A stretch of DNA of 64,000 nt from Lama guanicoe (Eukaryota). The notes below the pieces were generated by a model. The model ran no database searches, was not told the origin of the DNA, and saw nothing but the letters and a program-made list of their open reading frames with translations. Location: positions 2,406,507 to 2,470,506 of the forward strand of contig MU053376.1 in NCBI GenBank assembly GCA_013239625.1, in the 5' to 3' direction. Of the stretch, positions 1 through 11,777 are shown in pieces. The translations under genes were made by a program, and so were the position numbers. Position 1 is the first letter of the stretch, and every line of letters begins with the position of its first letter.

Positions 1-219
1 AGAGTTCGAGATATGCAGATACTAACTACTATATACAACACAGATAAACAGCAAAGAGCTACCATATAGCACAGGGAACAATATTCAATATCTTGTAGTA
101 ACCTATAAGGAAAAATAATATGAAAAGGAATATATGTATGTATATGTATAACTGAATCACTGTGCTGTACACCAGAAATTGACACAACATTGTAAACCAA
201 CTATAGTTTAATAAAAAAA
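1..219 (+). mobile_element. L1 3'-end fragment (cetartiodactyl-type), truncated by the window start
   Basis: Contains the motif ..tatagcacagggaac..attcaatatcttgta..actgaatcactgtgctgtacaccagaa..aataaaaaaa and ends in an A tail. Confidence 0.8.
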
Positions 220-1170
220 TGGAAAGAAATGATACATACAACCCAGCAAGATTTAAGGACAGTGGATGAAAACACTTGTAACACAGATAATAAAATAAAG
301 TTGAGCCAAGACTGTTCCACAAAGGACATGTCATAATGTTCTGAATCATAACTTGCTAGAAAGATCAAAATTTAGCTCCAAACTTTTGTCCCAAAGCTGG
401 AACAAAGGAGGAAACATGATTATTACAAAACTCACTAAGCACTTTGGGTTCTCTCATTCGGTCCTCCGAGGCCCTGCCCAGCAGATGTGCAGCGGTTTTT
501 CTGAAGCTGTTGGGGAGCTGGTGAGTATGTGGAACTATCTTCCTCTTGGTCTGTTCTGCGTAAAGGAGGAAAAACCTGTTGGCTTTTAGAGGAGACTTCT
601 CACTGAGGAGAATTCAAAAAAAGTTGGAAAAATCAGGAAATACAAAAACAAACAAACAAAAAAACTGTTTGATCGTTTTGGAGACATAACAAGACAGGCA
701 TAATTCCAGGGCTAAGATTTGCAAGAGGGAAATCCAGAACAGTGAGCCGAGCTGAGTCCTCACTGGGGACTGCTTTTCCTTGGGGGAAGTCATCTAAATT
801 GAGAAAAGTTGATTAGAGGGTGGGAGACTGAGAAGATGTCCGGAGCTTACCACAAATTTACAGGATTGGGGCCACAACAAGAGGTGATAGGAGCCTGCTG
901 TTGAGGGGCGCTGGTAACCTCCCCGCCAAGCTCCCGGCTGAGATCCCAAGTGCTGTCCCCTTAGGCATCGTGGTAACCCACAAGTAGCCTGCCCCGAGCA
1001 CAGACAGAAAATCAGCTTTGAATCATCTCAGTCTATGACTGGATGAAACTAACATGGAATGACCAATCCTCTGCCCTCCTTCCAGAAGCAAATATAAATT
1101 CACCTCAGAGGAAGATGATATTCTAAACTTGAAATTAGCTTTATAACTTTTCAAATGCAATGCTCAGAAA

Positions 1171-1404
1171 CATTCAGAATAGGTGAAGCCATAGGGGCAG
1201 AAAGTAAACCAGGGGTTTCCTGGGACTAAGGGGACAGAGGAGAGGGATGTGGTGCTAATGAGTGTGAGGTTTCTTTTGGGGGGTAATGAAGATCTTCTGA
1301 AATTAGATAATGGTGCTGGCTGCCCAATTCTGTGAATATACCCAAAACCACCGACTTGTACACTTTAAAAAGGTGAATTATATTTCAATAATATTATTTA
1401 AAAA
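1171..1404 (+). mobile_element. Old L1 (L1MB/L1ME-like) 3'-end fragment
   Basis: Contains gtttcttttgggg..aatg..ttctgaaattagat..tgtgaatatac..aaaaccac..ttgtacactttaaa. Confidence 0.7.
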
Positions 1405-1656
1405 ATGAAGATGAAATGAAAATGTACTCAGATCAACAAACTTTAGGGAAAATAGAAATAGTTAAGGTACAATGATTTTAGGACAAAATGATTTGGCTTG
1501 TCAAGGAATGATTCTGTCCTCATTTTCTTTAGTTACAACTGTTAATCCAAGAAGAGGCCACTCAATGAATTCTGGTCCTGAAGCTTTCATATCATATTCT
1601 CATATGACTTCTCTTGGGGCCAGACTACTAATTTTTTTAAGTATCCTAAATTTCCC

Positions 1657-1910
1657 CCTTTTTTACTGAACTATTATTGACATACAATATTATATTAGAT
1701 TCAGGTGTACAACACAGTGATTTAATATTTATATACATTATGAGATGGTCCCCACAATAAGCCTAGTTACCTTCTGTCACTTTACAAAGTTATTACAATA
1801 TTGTTGACTATATTCTCTGTGCTGTACATGACATCCTCACGATTTGTTTAATTTATAACTGGAAGTTTATACCTCCTAATCCCCTTTGTCTATTTCTCCC
1901 ATCCCCCTAT
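1657..1910 (-). mobile_element. L1 (L1MA9-like) 3'-end fragment
   Basis: A T-run followed by ttgacatacaatattatattag..caggtgtacaacacagtgatt..ataactggaagttt. Confidence 0.75.
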
Positions 1911-2149
1911 TATAATTTTAAAGCAATTTTGCAGGTTCCCTAAACAGACTGATAAACGCTGGGATCAGCCACAGTATATTCTCCTGTTTCTATATGGGAT
2001 GCTATTATGAGCCGTTAAAGTATTTTTTCCTAAACAGAAGATCATAGAGTTAAAGGGTGAAAGTTGTGTGTAGCTTTCCCAAGCTCTTCTCATTGACAAA
2101 AGGCACTAAGTGTGTCATGGTAATATATAAAAATGATAGAAGTAGTACT

Positions 2150-2420
2150 TTAATAATAGCTACCTCTTGCTCATGCTGATTTATGTGTCAGGCTGTCTTC
2201 TATGTGCTTTGCGTATATTTTCTCATTGAATCCTCACAGATGCCTCGGAGGTGGGTAGTATGATTATTCTCCCTTTCCAGATGCGGAAACCGAAGCACAG
2301 AGGAATCAAGTGACTTACCCGAGGTCACTCGGCTAGGAAGTCACAGAGCCGGGGACGCGGAAGCGCAGCGAAGCGCGGCTGCGCGCCGCTCACCCGCCGC
2401 GCACCGCGCTGCCCCCGCCC
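2150..2420 (-). mobile_element. MIR SINE
   Basis: Contains the MIR core aatcctcac..cagatgcggaaaccgaagcacagag..aagtgacttacccgaggtcac. Confidence 0.75.
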
Positions 2421-3684
2421 AGGCTTGGAGTCCGAGACCTGCGGCCAGGTCTAGGGAGCTCTGTTCTCCAGCTCCATGAGCTTAGGCAAATCACTGTCTA
2501 GTGACGTTTTCCTCCTTGTGCGGGCTTTCTAATGAATAACGCGGAGCTAATGATACACGCTCTGCTTCACGGGGGGTTTATGACTATCAAATTGTGGAGG
2601 TATTTGGAATAATTTGGTAAAAACTAGGGCTGAGAACTATCCCTAGCCACCCTCCCCACCACACCCACCTCCAAGAAGTGATGAATTCCTGTCCGGTGCT
2701 ACCAGAAGCTGCCCCAGACCGAGCACTCTGGAGGTGTGCGGACATCCTGGGGCCAAGAAGGGCTCTGAGTGTAAACTGGGAAAGCGGCTTCACTGAACTC
2801 TGTGATACTTTGGGCCCAAACACCCCATTAGGGGTGAACGTGACCTGGCAACATTTTTTTGGCTGGAGCAAATTGGCACTGAGAACCTGGTGAGGAGATC
2901 CCCATTCTCACCACCTCTGGGGCAGCATTTGGAGCTTGCAGTCCCCGGCCTGGCCAGCCCTGATGGCACAGATGGTTCATGGACAAGCCTATGAGAAACC
3001 CCCTTCTGAGAATTCTCAAAACACGCCAGAGAGTGGGGCTGTGCAGGAACCGGCTAGCTTTACAGCAGGATCTGGGACCACAGCCCTTTGAGATTTTTAA
3101 CTTCTAATTTTTCATCCCAGGTTAATGAAACCAAGACATTCAGGTTCTGCTATTCCAGGTTATCTTTATTCTTATTTTATTGTGAGAAAGCAGAATTAAT
3201 TCAACCAGGATCAAGCAATTAGATCCATTAGATCTACTCTCTTGTGGGGCCATCTCTCTGGCCTGGGAAGAGGTAGGGTGAATTTTCAAGGCAGGAAATA
3301 CTCCACAGAGGAAGCACCTTGTCTTTATTTTTATGAGTAATACATTTTCCAAGAGGACATTTTTTGGAAGTTCAAATCAGTCTGAGTGAAGAGAGCCCCA
3401 CCCACTCTTGCTGGAAGCAGCTTCTCCTCTTCGCCAAGTCCTTTGACTTTTGATGGGTTTGAGCAATTGCCTGTGGGGAAAGGCTGGTAGTAAGGAGCAA
3501 AGGAAAAAAACAATTTTGGTTTAAGAACCCGAGTCATTTTGCATCAAGTATCATATGGAAGCCTGTTCAGGGACACAATCTCTACTTTCTCATATTCTGG
3601 GGCAAGTTCAGACGTGCTGGGTCTTAGCCTGCCTTTCTTTACAAGTTTTAAAATCCATGTAGTAAGAGAGTATGTGTGGTGGGA

Positions 3685-3718
3685 GTGTGTGTGTGTGTGT
3701 GTGCGCATGTGTGTGTGT
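3685..3718. repeat. (TG)n microsatellite, interrupted
   Basis: tgtgtgtgtgtgtgtgtgcgcatgtgtgtgtg. Confidence 0.85.
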
Positions 3719-4141
3719 CTGTTGGCTCGTCCAAAACTTTTTATAGGTACCTTCAAGGAAAAGGGGCCTCTCCATCACCCCGGCTGAGAGCATAGGGCTC
3801 TCTCCTGCCCATAGGCTTTTAGACTTCCATCCACACTCCATTCCAGAGCTGTTCCCCTTTATGTGACTCCTGAATGACTGAGCAGCCAGTGGCTGGATCC
3901 CAAAGTGGGCAGCATCATGCCATAAGGTGACCTCATCCCACTGAATGCATAGTTTACATTGTGTTCAAGAAGAAAGCAGTAACTTTCATCAAAGGCTTTT
4001 GAGAATCACTGTGACTTATAATGAGTTGTCTAACTAGCATATAGCGTAACAGTTTTGCCCACAGCAGCGTCTACATTCATTTTCTGAGAGTTGAAAGGGA
4101 TTTTCAAAGTGTTTAATTCCCTCTCCCCTCTAACATTCCTT

Positions 4142-4520
4142 CTGTATTAGTCAGACTAGGCTAAGTTATGCTGCAGTAGCAAATAACACCTTAATCTTTC
4201 TCAGCGGCTTATTGGGGCAAAATTATTTCTCATTTATATTATGCATCCAGTACAGGTTAGTATGGGGAACCTACTCATCACAGATACTCAGGGACCCAGG
4301 CTACAGGCTTCCACCCTATAATGCTGGCATCTCAGCACAAGCAGGATGTGAGAGAGCATACAGAACTGTGCACTGGCTTTTAAGTGCTTCCACCTAAAGT
4401 AAGACATGATTCTTTCACTTATATTTCATTGGTCAAAATAGTCACGTGGCCTTGCTGGGCTCCAGTGGGGGCAGGGAAGTGCAACTTTCCTGTGTTCCAA
4501 GGAGAGGGAAACTAAAGGGA
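4142..4520 (-). mobile_element. MaLR LTR relic (MLT1J/K-like)
   Basis: Starts tgtattagtcag..ctaagttatgctgcagta and contains tttcattggtcaaa..agtcacgtggcc. Confidence 0.55.
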
Positions 4521-4890
4521 AGGAGCAATCACAAGGCCCACTGTACTTTCAAGTGCATAGCCCACTGAGAGTACTCTTGGGGGTTCAAAGTTCCTTGTTC
4601 ATGTGATGAGATGAGCCCACCAAAGTGCGGACTTCGAACCATTCTGAATACATTCCACATCGAGCACCTTACTCACTAACTGTTTACTTATTCGATAACC
4701 TACTCTGCTGTGCTGAGCAGTGTGAGGGAAAGAAAAGGATGTATCTGTGCCTTTGCCCTCCCAAGATCCTGGATGGTGACTGGCCAAAGGCTTTGCTTAG
4801 AAATCTGGGACCCACTCCTCCATTCCTGTCGGTGGCTCCCAGGGGTCAGTAGCACCCTAGGTCCTCTTACTTGCCCTGCAGCTGTATTTA

Positions 4891-5053
4891 TTTTTTTTTT
4901 AAAAAATGATTTCAACTCTTTTTTTTTTTTGGTTTGGGAGTTAATTAGGTTTATTTATTTTAATTTTTTTAATGGAGGTACTGGGGATTGAGCCCAGGGC
5001 CTCGTGCATGCCAAGCACACGCTCTACCCCTGAGCTATTCCCCAGCTCCCCCT
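4891..5053 (-). mobile_element. Camelid tRNA-Ala-derived SINE (Vic-1-like) with a 17-bp TSD
   Basis: The minus strand has A/B boxes (agctcagggGTAGAG..ctgggctcaatccccag) and an A-rich tail. TSD ccctgc[a/c]gctgtattta at 4874-4890 and 5054-5070. Confidence 0.85.
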
Positions 5054-5489
5054 CCCTGCCGCTGTATTTAAATTGTTGTTCCCAAAGGATTTCCATCAGT
5101 CATCAAGCAAAATAATAATCAATGACCCTCCCTCTTCTAGCAGCCTCTAGAACTTTCTTCTCCTTGGTCCTCTACAGTAGCTGTGTGGCCATAGAATTAG
5201 TGGAGGTCACAGGGGTCGCCAGCAGGTGCCCTCCCTTTACATTTGCTGGCAAAATTCTGTTCAGGCTTCAAGCCTCAGCTCAAATGTCACCTCCACTGGA
5301 AAGCTTCTCCATCCCTTCCAGCACCACCCAAGACTCTGCCTCACCAAGATTCTGCCTCACCTTGATGTTTCTGTAGGCTCCATCTTTCTGTTAGTGATGT
5401 TAACACAGTCCCATGACTTGGTGTTGCAGTATATCTGCTTGCAAGTGTATCCACTCTACCGACTCAGTAGAGCACAAGGACTTCATTCA

Positions 5490-5760
5490 TCTTTTAACAA
5501 CTTTACTGAGATATAATTTACACACCATAGAGTTCACTGTTTTAAAGTGTGCAATTCAATAGTTTTTAGTATATTCATAGAATGTGTCACTATAATTGTT
5601 GAACACTTTCCTTATCCCCCAAAGAAACCCTGTACTCATTAGCAGTCACTCCCAATTCCTTCTACCCACCCGGTCCCTAACTCCGAGCCATAGGTAACCA
5701 GAGCTCTATTATTATTATTATTTTTTGTCTCTGTAGATGTGTCTGTTCTGGATATTTTAC
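5490..5760 (-). mobile_element. L1MB-like 3'-end fragment
   Basis: Contains ctttactgagatataatttacacaccata..gtgcaattcaatagtttttagtatattc..cccaaagaaaccctgtactcattagcagtcactccc. Confidence 0.75.
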
Positions 5761-5899
5761 ATGTTACATAATTTAAATGTTACCATAGTCATTTATTTTT
5801 TGTATAGCCTTTTCTGACACTCAGTAGGTACTTAGAAAATATTCGGTCAGTAAATGGATGAACACATGCGAGACTGAGAAGCTGAGGAAGGATGGTAGA

Positions 5900-6135
5900 G
5901 GAGAAAGAATACTGGACTGAGAACCAGAAGACCTGCACTCTCGTTCTGATTCTGTCATGTATTTATGTGACCTGGGGGAAATTGTTTGAGTTTTCTGACT
6001 CTTAGCTTTCTAATCTGCAAAGGACAGCTAATAATATCTATCCTGTGTATCTCAAAAGGTTATGGTGAATATCAAATGAGGAAATTCACCTGGAGGTATT
6101 TTGTATATGTGAGCATGCTGTACACATGTAAGAAT
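5900..6135 (+). mobile_element. MIR SINE
   Basis: Contains actggactgagaaccagaagacctg..tgtgacctggggg..ctcttagctttctaatctgcaaa. Confidence 0.6.
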
Positions 6136-7232
6136 AAGCAGTGTTTATTTTTTCTCATCCTTTGAAGTGCCTGTAATAACAGATCAATAATTACACCAGT
6201 GACAGAAGCAAGGTGGAATGGCAGGGCACCAGGCTAAGGGGGCCAACCTGCGGACACCCTCCCCTCATCTCTGCTCTTGGAATGACTGCAGCTAAGACAG
6301 GGAGAAGGACCAACAAAAGCCCAGGAATCCCACATCTGTCACTGCCTAAATCTCCTAGCCAAGCAGGGAGATAACAATCTCGCTCAGAGTAAGGATTTAA
6401 TCAATTCACAGGAAGACAAATGATGATGTAATTTCTTTTATCGCTTGGAGTTCAGGAAATCCTAATTAGCATTTTCACCCCTTCTTTCCTGTAGGGCATT
6501 TCCATCAGTCAGAAGGAGGGAGGGAGTATTCAGATTTCAGGGTGAGGTCTTTACTGCCTCACCCTTCTCCATCCTGGTTCAGTGCTTTTCTCTCTATGTG
6601 TATAGGTTTAGGACAATTTGTAGGGGATGTGGGTGGGAATAGATTTACTTCTCAAATGTAAGATTCAAACTCTGCAGAAATAACATGATATACACACATG
6701 CATACATACATACACGACAGAGACGGCATGAGAGTAACAGAATAAACCCCCTACGTCTAATAAACAGTATTTAGTGGGGAAAGTAGCCTTGTAAATCAAA
6801 GTTTATCCTCAGAGGACCTTTTCTCCCACCCACTATTTTTGTAAAGGAAATTCTCCAAGTTCCAGAGAGCACGGAGATTATAGAGATTAGGAGAGCCTCT
6901 GGTCTTAATCTGCTCCAGGATGGAGTTTGGATGAAAACACATGAATTTGGACTAAAGGACCAGCCCCACTTTCTCCAACCTCCCAAAGTCTGAGACTTGG
7001 AGCTTCCCCCGGGGGAAGGGGTGGTGAGCCAGTGAGCCAGGCCTCGCCCATCTGCTCCCACCAGGAGGCTTTTGGCACTGCCTTCCTAGTTGCCATCTTG
7101 TTTTTTCCTTCTCCTGACCATTTCATCAGTCCACTGCTCCCCACTCCCCTGCCCTCCCAGAGAAGGGTCACCTTCTTATCTTCTCTGCTCCTGTTTCAGC
7201 TCTTTCCCCCACAGCCACTGCTTTCCTCCAGC

Positions 7233-7465
7233 CCATGATTTCTTAGCCTCAGCACTGTTGGCGTTTAGGGGTCATATGATCCTTTGCGATGGGGGGCTGT
7301 CCTGTGTACTGCAGGATGTTTAGCAGCATCCGTGGCCCATTCCACTACCTGTCAGTAGCACCTCCACCTCCCATCCCTCACCTCCCCAATTATGACAACT
7401 TAGAAGTTCTCCAGACACTGTCAGATGTCCCCTGGGGGCAAAACTGCCCCACTGAGAATTGCTGC
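7233..7465. mobile_element. MER20 (hAT-Charlie) DNA transposon relic
   Basis: Contains ggctgtcctgtgtactgcaggatgtttagcagcatcc..ccagacactgtcagatgtcccctgggggcaaaa..gagaattgctg. Confidence 0.8.
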
Positions 7466-7532
7466 TATAGTCCCTTCTACACCTGAAGCCTTTACCAGGT
7501 GGAAGACTAGGTTGTCCTTCACGTGTTTTATG

Positions 7533-7716
7533 AAAATACTTCTCAAATTTTAATACACACCAAAGTCACCTTGGGAGTTTTTACAACGCACATGCTGGTT
7601 CAGTAGTTTTGGGGGAAGGGTTTGGGGTCTCGCATTTCCAACATGCTCCCCGATACCCTATATATACCCTGTACCTGATCTGCTGGTGCAGACCACACTT
7701 TGAGTGGCAAGGCTCT
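7533..7716. mobile_element. MER5A-like relic
   Basis: Contains cttctcaaatttt..tcacct..gcatttccaacatgctccc..gaccacactttgagtggcaag. Confidence 0.6.
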
Positions 7717-8689
7717 ATGTCATTGTGTCCTTGCGGCCCTGCAAGGACTTGGTTTTACAGATGAGGAAGCTGCACTCAGAGAGGCTCACCGTGTTTTGGC
7801 CCCAGGTCTGCCTCCATGCGAAGCTCCTATTCATAACAGCGATCTCGTTTGATATTGGGCCAAGGCCCTGGAGTTCTCTCCTTGCCCTGGCTTCCAGGGA
7901 AATCTTGCTACAGTGAGCTCAGCCAAGCCTGAGACTCAGGCCCGTATTTGCCTGGAATCTCCATATTATATTACGTCTCCCTTAAACAGAATGAGCTGCT
8001 CGGGATCCCAGGTGGATATCCCGGAACCTCCCAAGCTATATCCATGACCTCAGGCCTCTGCCCTAGCCTGCCCTGCTAACAGCTCATCCCTCCGCCCCCC
8101 TGCTGATCAGCAGACAGCTGGCCAGGATTGCACCCAACCTAGGGACTCATTTTCTGCTTCCAGCTTCCTGCCTTAGCTGTCTAGTCTCTCCAGCCCTTCC
8201 CCGCCTCCCCAGCACTCTTTGTCTTCTCTCTCACTCATACCTCTTGGCATCTTCTTCCCGTAGTAGTTAGGGATTGTTAGTAATGATCTAGACCCTGAAG
8301 GGAAAAGGTGGGTGTGACGCGGGCCCCTACTTTGAACTAGAGGACAAGACTCAAGTCTTCCAGGAGCAAACGGCTCAAGCTTAATCTCCGTAGTGGCAGT
8401 GGCAGCAGGCCAGCCTGCCGGACGGGGATGACAACAGGTGTTTGACTCGCTAAAGAAAATAAACAGCACTGTGTGTGTGATGGGGGCAAAGGGTGCTGGT
8501 GCCAGAGGGATTCAGGGTCTGCCGACTGGAGAGACTGGAAAGGGCTGTTCCTCCCAGGGTCCCCTGACCTTCCTCCTCCACCGAGTGGGAGAAAGTTACC
8601 CCGCCCCTCACATCATATTTCTAAGCCCATCTCTTTGCCTGGACCCAGGTTTAAGGAAACTCTTAGAATGTTTGGGCAAGAAGGTAATT

Positions 8690-9012
8690 TAGAGCCGGGC
8701 TCTGCAAAGGGCCAGATAGTAAGTATTTTCGACCTTGTGGGCCAAATGGTCCCTGTCACAACTGCTCATCCCTGTCACTGTAACACAAACGCAGCCATAG
8801 ACCACGTGTAAACAAACGGACGTGGCTGTGTCTGTATAAAAATGTTATTATGGACACTGCAATTTTAATTCCCATACTCTCATGAATCATGAAACACAAG
8901 TTCTTCTTTTGATTTTTCTTTTCAATCATTAAAAAAGGTAAAGACTGTTTTTCAGCCACCAGGCTAAGCCATTCTTAGCGTATTCTTGGCTTATAGTTTG
9001 CTAATTCCTCAT
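8690..9012. mobile_element. MER58B-like relic
   Basis: Contains aagggccagatagtaagtatttt..gcagccatagac..gtggctgtgt..tagtttgc. Confidence 0.75.
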
Positions 9013-10048
9013 CCAGAGTTCAGGGTTTCTCAAAACATGTTTCCCAAGGATGTGGTCAAATACTGGTGGGAAAGGCTGGGCTAAAGAAAGTTAAACACAT
9101 GCTGACTCCCCCCACCCCACCAGGGCACTCTGAGTTTCCAAAAGAGGCTAGAACGTGCCAGGCTTCTCTGATTGACTGACCAGGAAATCCGTTGTTGCAC
9201 GCACTGTCTTGCAGACACTCTTAGATTCCTAGATTCTGTGGGACATGCTCTGGGAACACTGCTCCAGTCTGCCCCTCATTTCACACACGGAAAACCTGAA
9301 GCCTGAGTGTCTTGCTAGCTGAACTCATGGCCTCGTCTCTTGATGGCACTGATGCTCCTGAAATGCCACAGCCCCGCATCCCTGGGTGATTCCTGGTGGA
9401 GCAGCAGCAGCCGAGGTGAGGCCACCAGCAGCCCGGAGCTGCCAGCTTTCCTGGCCACGCACACTACTTTCCTCTTTCTTCCTCGACCCAAGAAGGGGCA
9501 CGTCTCAGTTAAGTGATTATACGCCTGGGTGGCTGCAGGTCAGGAAACACTCCCCAGATTCTTGTCCCTGATGGATTAAATAGGAGAAGCATTTCTCAGC
9601 TATCCTCGGCCTCTTGGTTACTGTTGTGTCATTAACAGCGCTTAATTATTGAGTGATTTTTGCAGGAAGGAGACTAGTGAGCTGTGCACAGTGGTAATTG
9701 ATGTATAAGTGTTTACAGAGTTTACAAAGCACCTGTGTTGTTTTCCCATTTGCTCCTTACACCTGTCCTCCGGGGGTGGTGGGACAGTTTGCTGTTTGTT
9801 TGCTTGTCTTAATCTGAAAGATGCAGAAACTGAGGTTCAGGAAACCTGCCCCTAGTCACACCGCCAGCGACAGAGCTAGAACTCAGAGCCAAGTCTCATC
9901 TCCTGTCAGGGGCTGCTTTCTCTCCCCATTGCCCCATTGTCTCGGAATGAACGGTGACTAGATAGTGAAGCAATTCTCTAGGAAAGCATGACAAATTTCC
10001 CTTGCTCCACCTCCCTCTTCTCCCTCCGCCCCTCTCCTGCAGCCCCCG

Positions 10049-10055
10049 TATAAAT
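10049..10055 (+). promoter_or_regulatory. IL24: IL24 TATA box
   Basis: TATAAAT lies about 25 nt upstream of sequence resembling the recalled 5' end of human IL24 mRNA (cttgcctgc...), with a GC box (ctccgcccc) just upstream. Confidence 0.75.
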
Positions 10056-10074
10056 GAATCTCCACAAAGCCTTG

Positions 10075-10250
10075 CTTGCCTGCGCACCGTTATCCTTGAA
10101 ACATCTTCTGTAGCTGAAACAGGAACCTTCTGTCCACAGGTACACCTCTGATCGGTGAATGGTGTGGGTGCCTGCCCAACCTTCTTACCCCACAGCCGGA
10201 GCCAGGCACCTCCAAACAGTAAACCCCCAGCATCACTTCAGGGAGCTGAG
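10075..10250 (+). other. IL24: IL24 non-coding exon 1 (start approximate)
   Basis: Resembles the human IL24 5'UTR (ctctgatcggtgaatggtg, gcatcactt) and ends at a strong donor GAG|gtgagt (10251). Confidence 0.75.
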
Positions 10251-11606
10251 GTGAGTGATGGGAGATTCCTGAGTACTTGGCTTTGAAGCATTAGACCGTC
10301 CACTGCCTTAGGGGGAATGGGGGCTGGGGGTGGCAGAAGTCACCTTTTCCGAGTGTTCATGGAAGGGTGAGCTATACTATGGAAGAGATGCTGCTTTCTC
10401 GGGTTTAACACCAAGAAGGACTTAGACTGGATGAGAGGAAGGCCAGGAAGATCATGAGACCCAGAGATGAGTTTGTAGGAGAGGCTGCAAAGCCCGAGTG
10501 TGGGGTATGAAAGAAGAGAACGGAAACACCGAGGGAGATGCTGAGCCCAGAGCTGCAAGACAGGACAGCGGGTGCTGGCCCGGGGCCCGCTTCTCTGGCC
10601 CGGGTGTTGGCAGGCACTCCAGAGACACGCCTGCTCCCGGCTTCCCGCCCAGTCTAGGGGTGGAAGGAAGCCTGAGCGTCTTCAGGTGTGAGACCAGTTC
10701 CTGGAAGAAGAAAGGGAGGCAGAGAGCGTGGCAGGGGATGGTGGGAGGCAAGAAGGAAGCAAGAAAAGCAAAGGTCAAAGAAGTCAGGGAGAAAGAATCT
10801 GCCCACAGCCATGCAGGCAGACGGATCGACAGCAGGCTTCCTCTCCCCTAGCTTGGGGCTCCTCACACAGTCATTCAGAGGAAGGTTTTCAAGGTGATTC
10901 ATCCAGAAATCTGATTCCTCCTCTTGCTCAGCTACCTGAAAGGTTAGCACTTAGAGTCAAGAGTGAGTTGGTCAGTTGAGGTGGCAGAGGGAGTGTATGA
11001 CCAGAATCTGCCAGCTGCACCCTTCTCCGGGCGCCAGGATTAATCCTGGGGCTCTCTTCTGAGGAGGAGTCAGAGGTGGCCTTCTCCTGGGGGAGGGGAC
11101 AAGACCTGCCCAAGTGTGCCCTGTGACTTAAGGGCAGGACTCAGACAAGCAAATGCTCATTAAGCTCTCTATCCTCCGGAGTTTGGGGCTCTGTCTGTGT
11201 GTTCTTTGGCATGTGATGAGTCCCCATTTCTTCACTCTTTTTGGTCAAATTCTGACTAGCAGGTTGTTGGCTATAGAGAAGTGTCCTGGAGCAAGGAAGG
11301 AGATGCAGGGTGTGTGTGTGGCGTGGCTGGGCGTGGGTGGGGGCGATGGGGGCAGAGAGTGAGTTAGCCAGATTGGTAGGTATGAGATTGAGGGGCAGAA
11401 AAACCCTTGCCCCACCCCAGAGCACCCCAGTCAGGCCATGTGTTTGTGACATTCTAACACTGGGAACCCACCCTAGTCTCAGGTTTCCCATCCTGTGCCC
11501 CCGAGGCGGGACGAGGCCGAGTACCCCTCCTGGGGCAGAGAGCTTGCGTCAGTGTGATGCCTCCCTGTCTCCCAGCAGGATCGTGCTGGTCCCTTCTTTG
11601 CTGCAC

Positions 11607-11777
11607 ATGGGCTTCCCGGTGCACGCGGCTGCCCTTCCCCGCCTAAGTCTGATCCTGCTTCTCTGGAGCTGCGGGCCCGGGGGCCAGAGCCAAGAATTGC
11701 AGTTTGGGCCCTGTCGAGTGGAGGGGGTAGTTCTCCAGAAACTGTGGGAGGCCTTCCGGGCTGTGAAGGACATTGTG
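11607..11777 (+). CDS. IL24: IL24 first coding exon (signal peptide and start of mature protein)
   Basis: ATG at 11607 (cacATGg) followed by hydrophobic LSLILLLW. Donor GTG|gtgagt at 11778; tandem acceptor cccag-cag at 11575/11578. Confidence 0.92.

Noticed and set aside
1..9900. IL20 or another IL-10-family exon upstream of IL24
   Set aside because: Only repeats and non-coding sequence were seen, with no helical-cytokine signature in any listed ORF.
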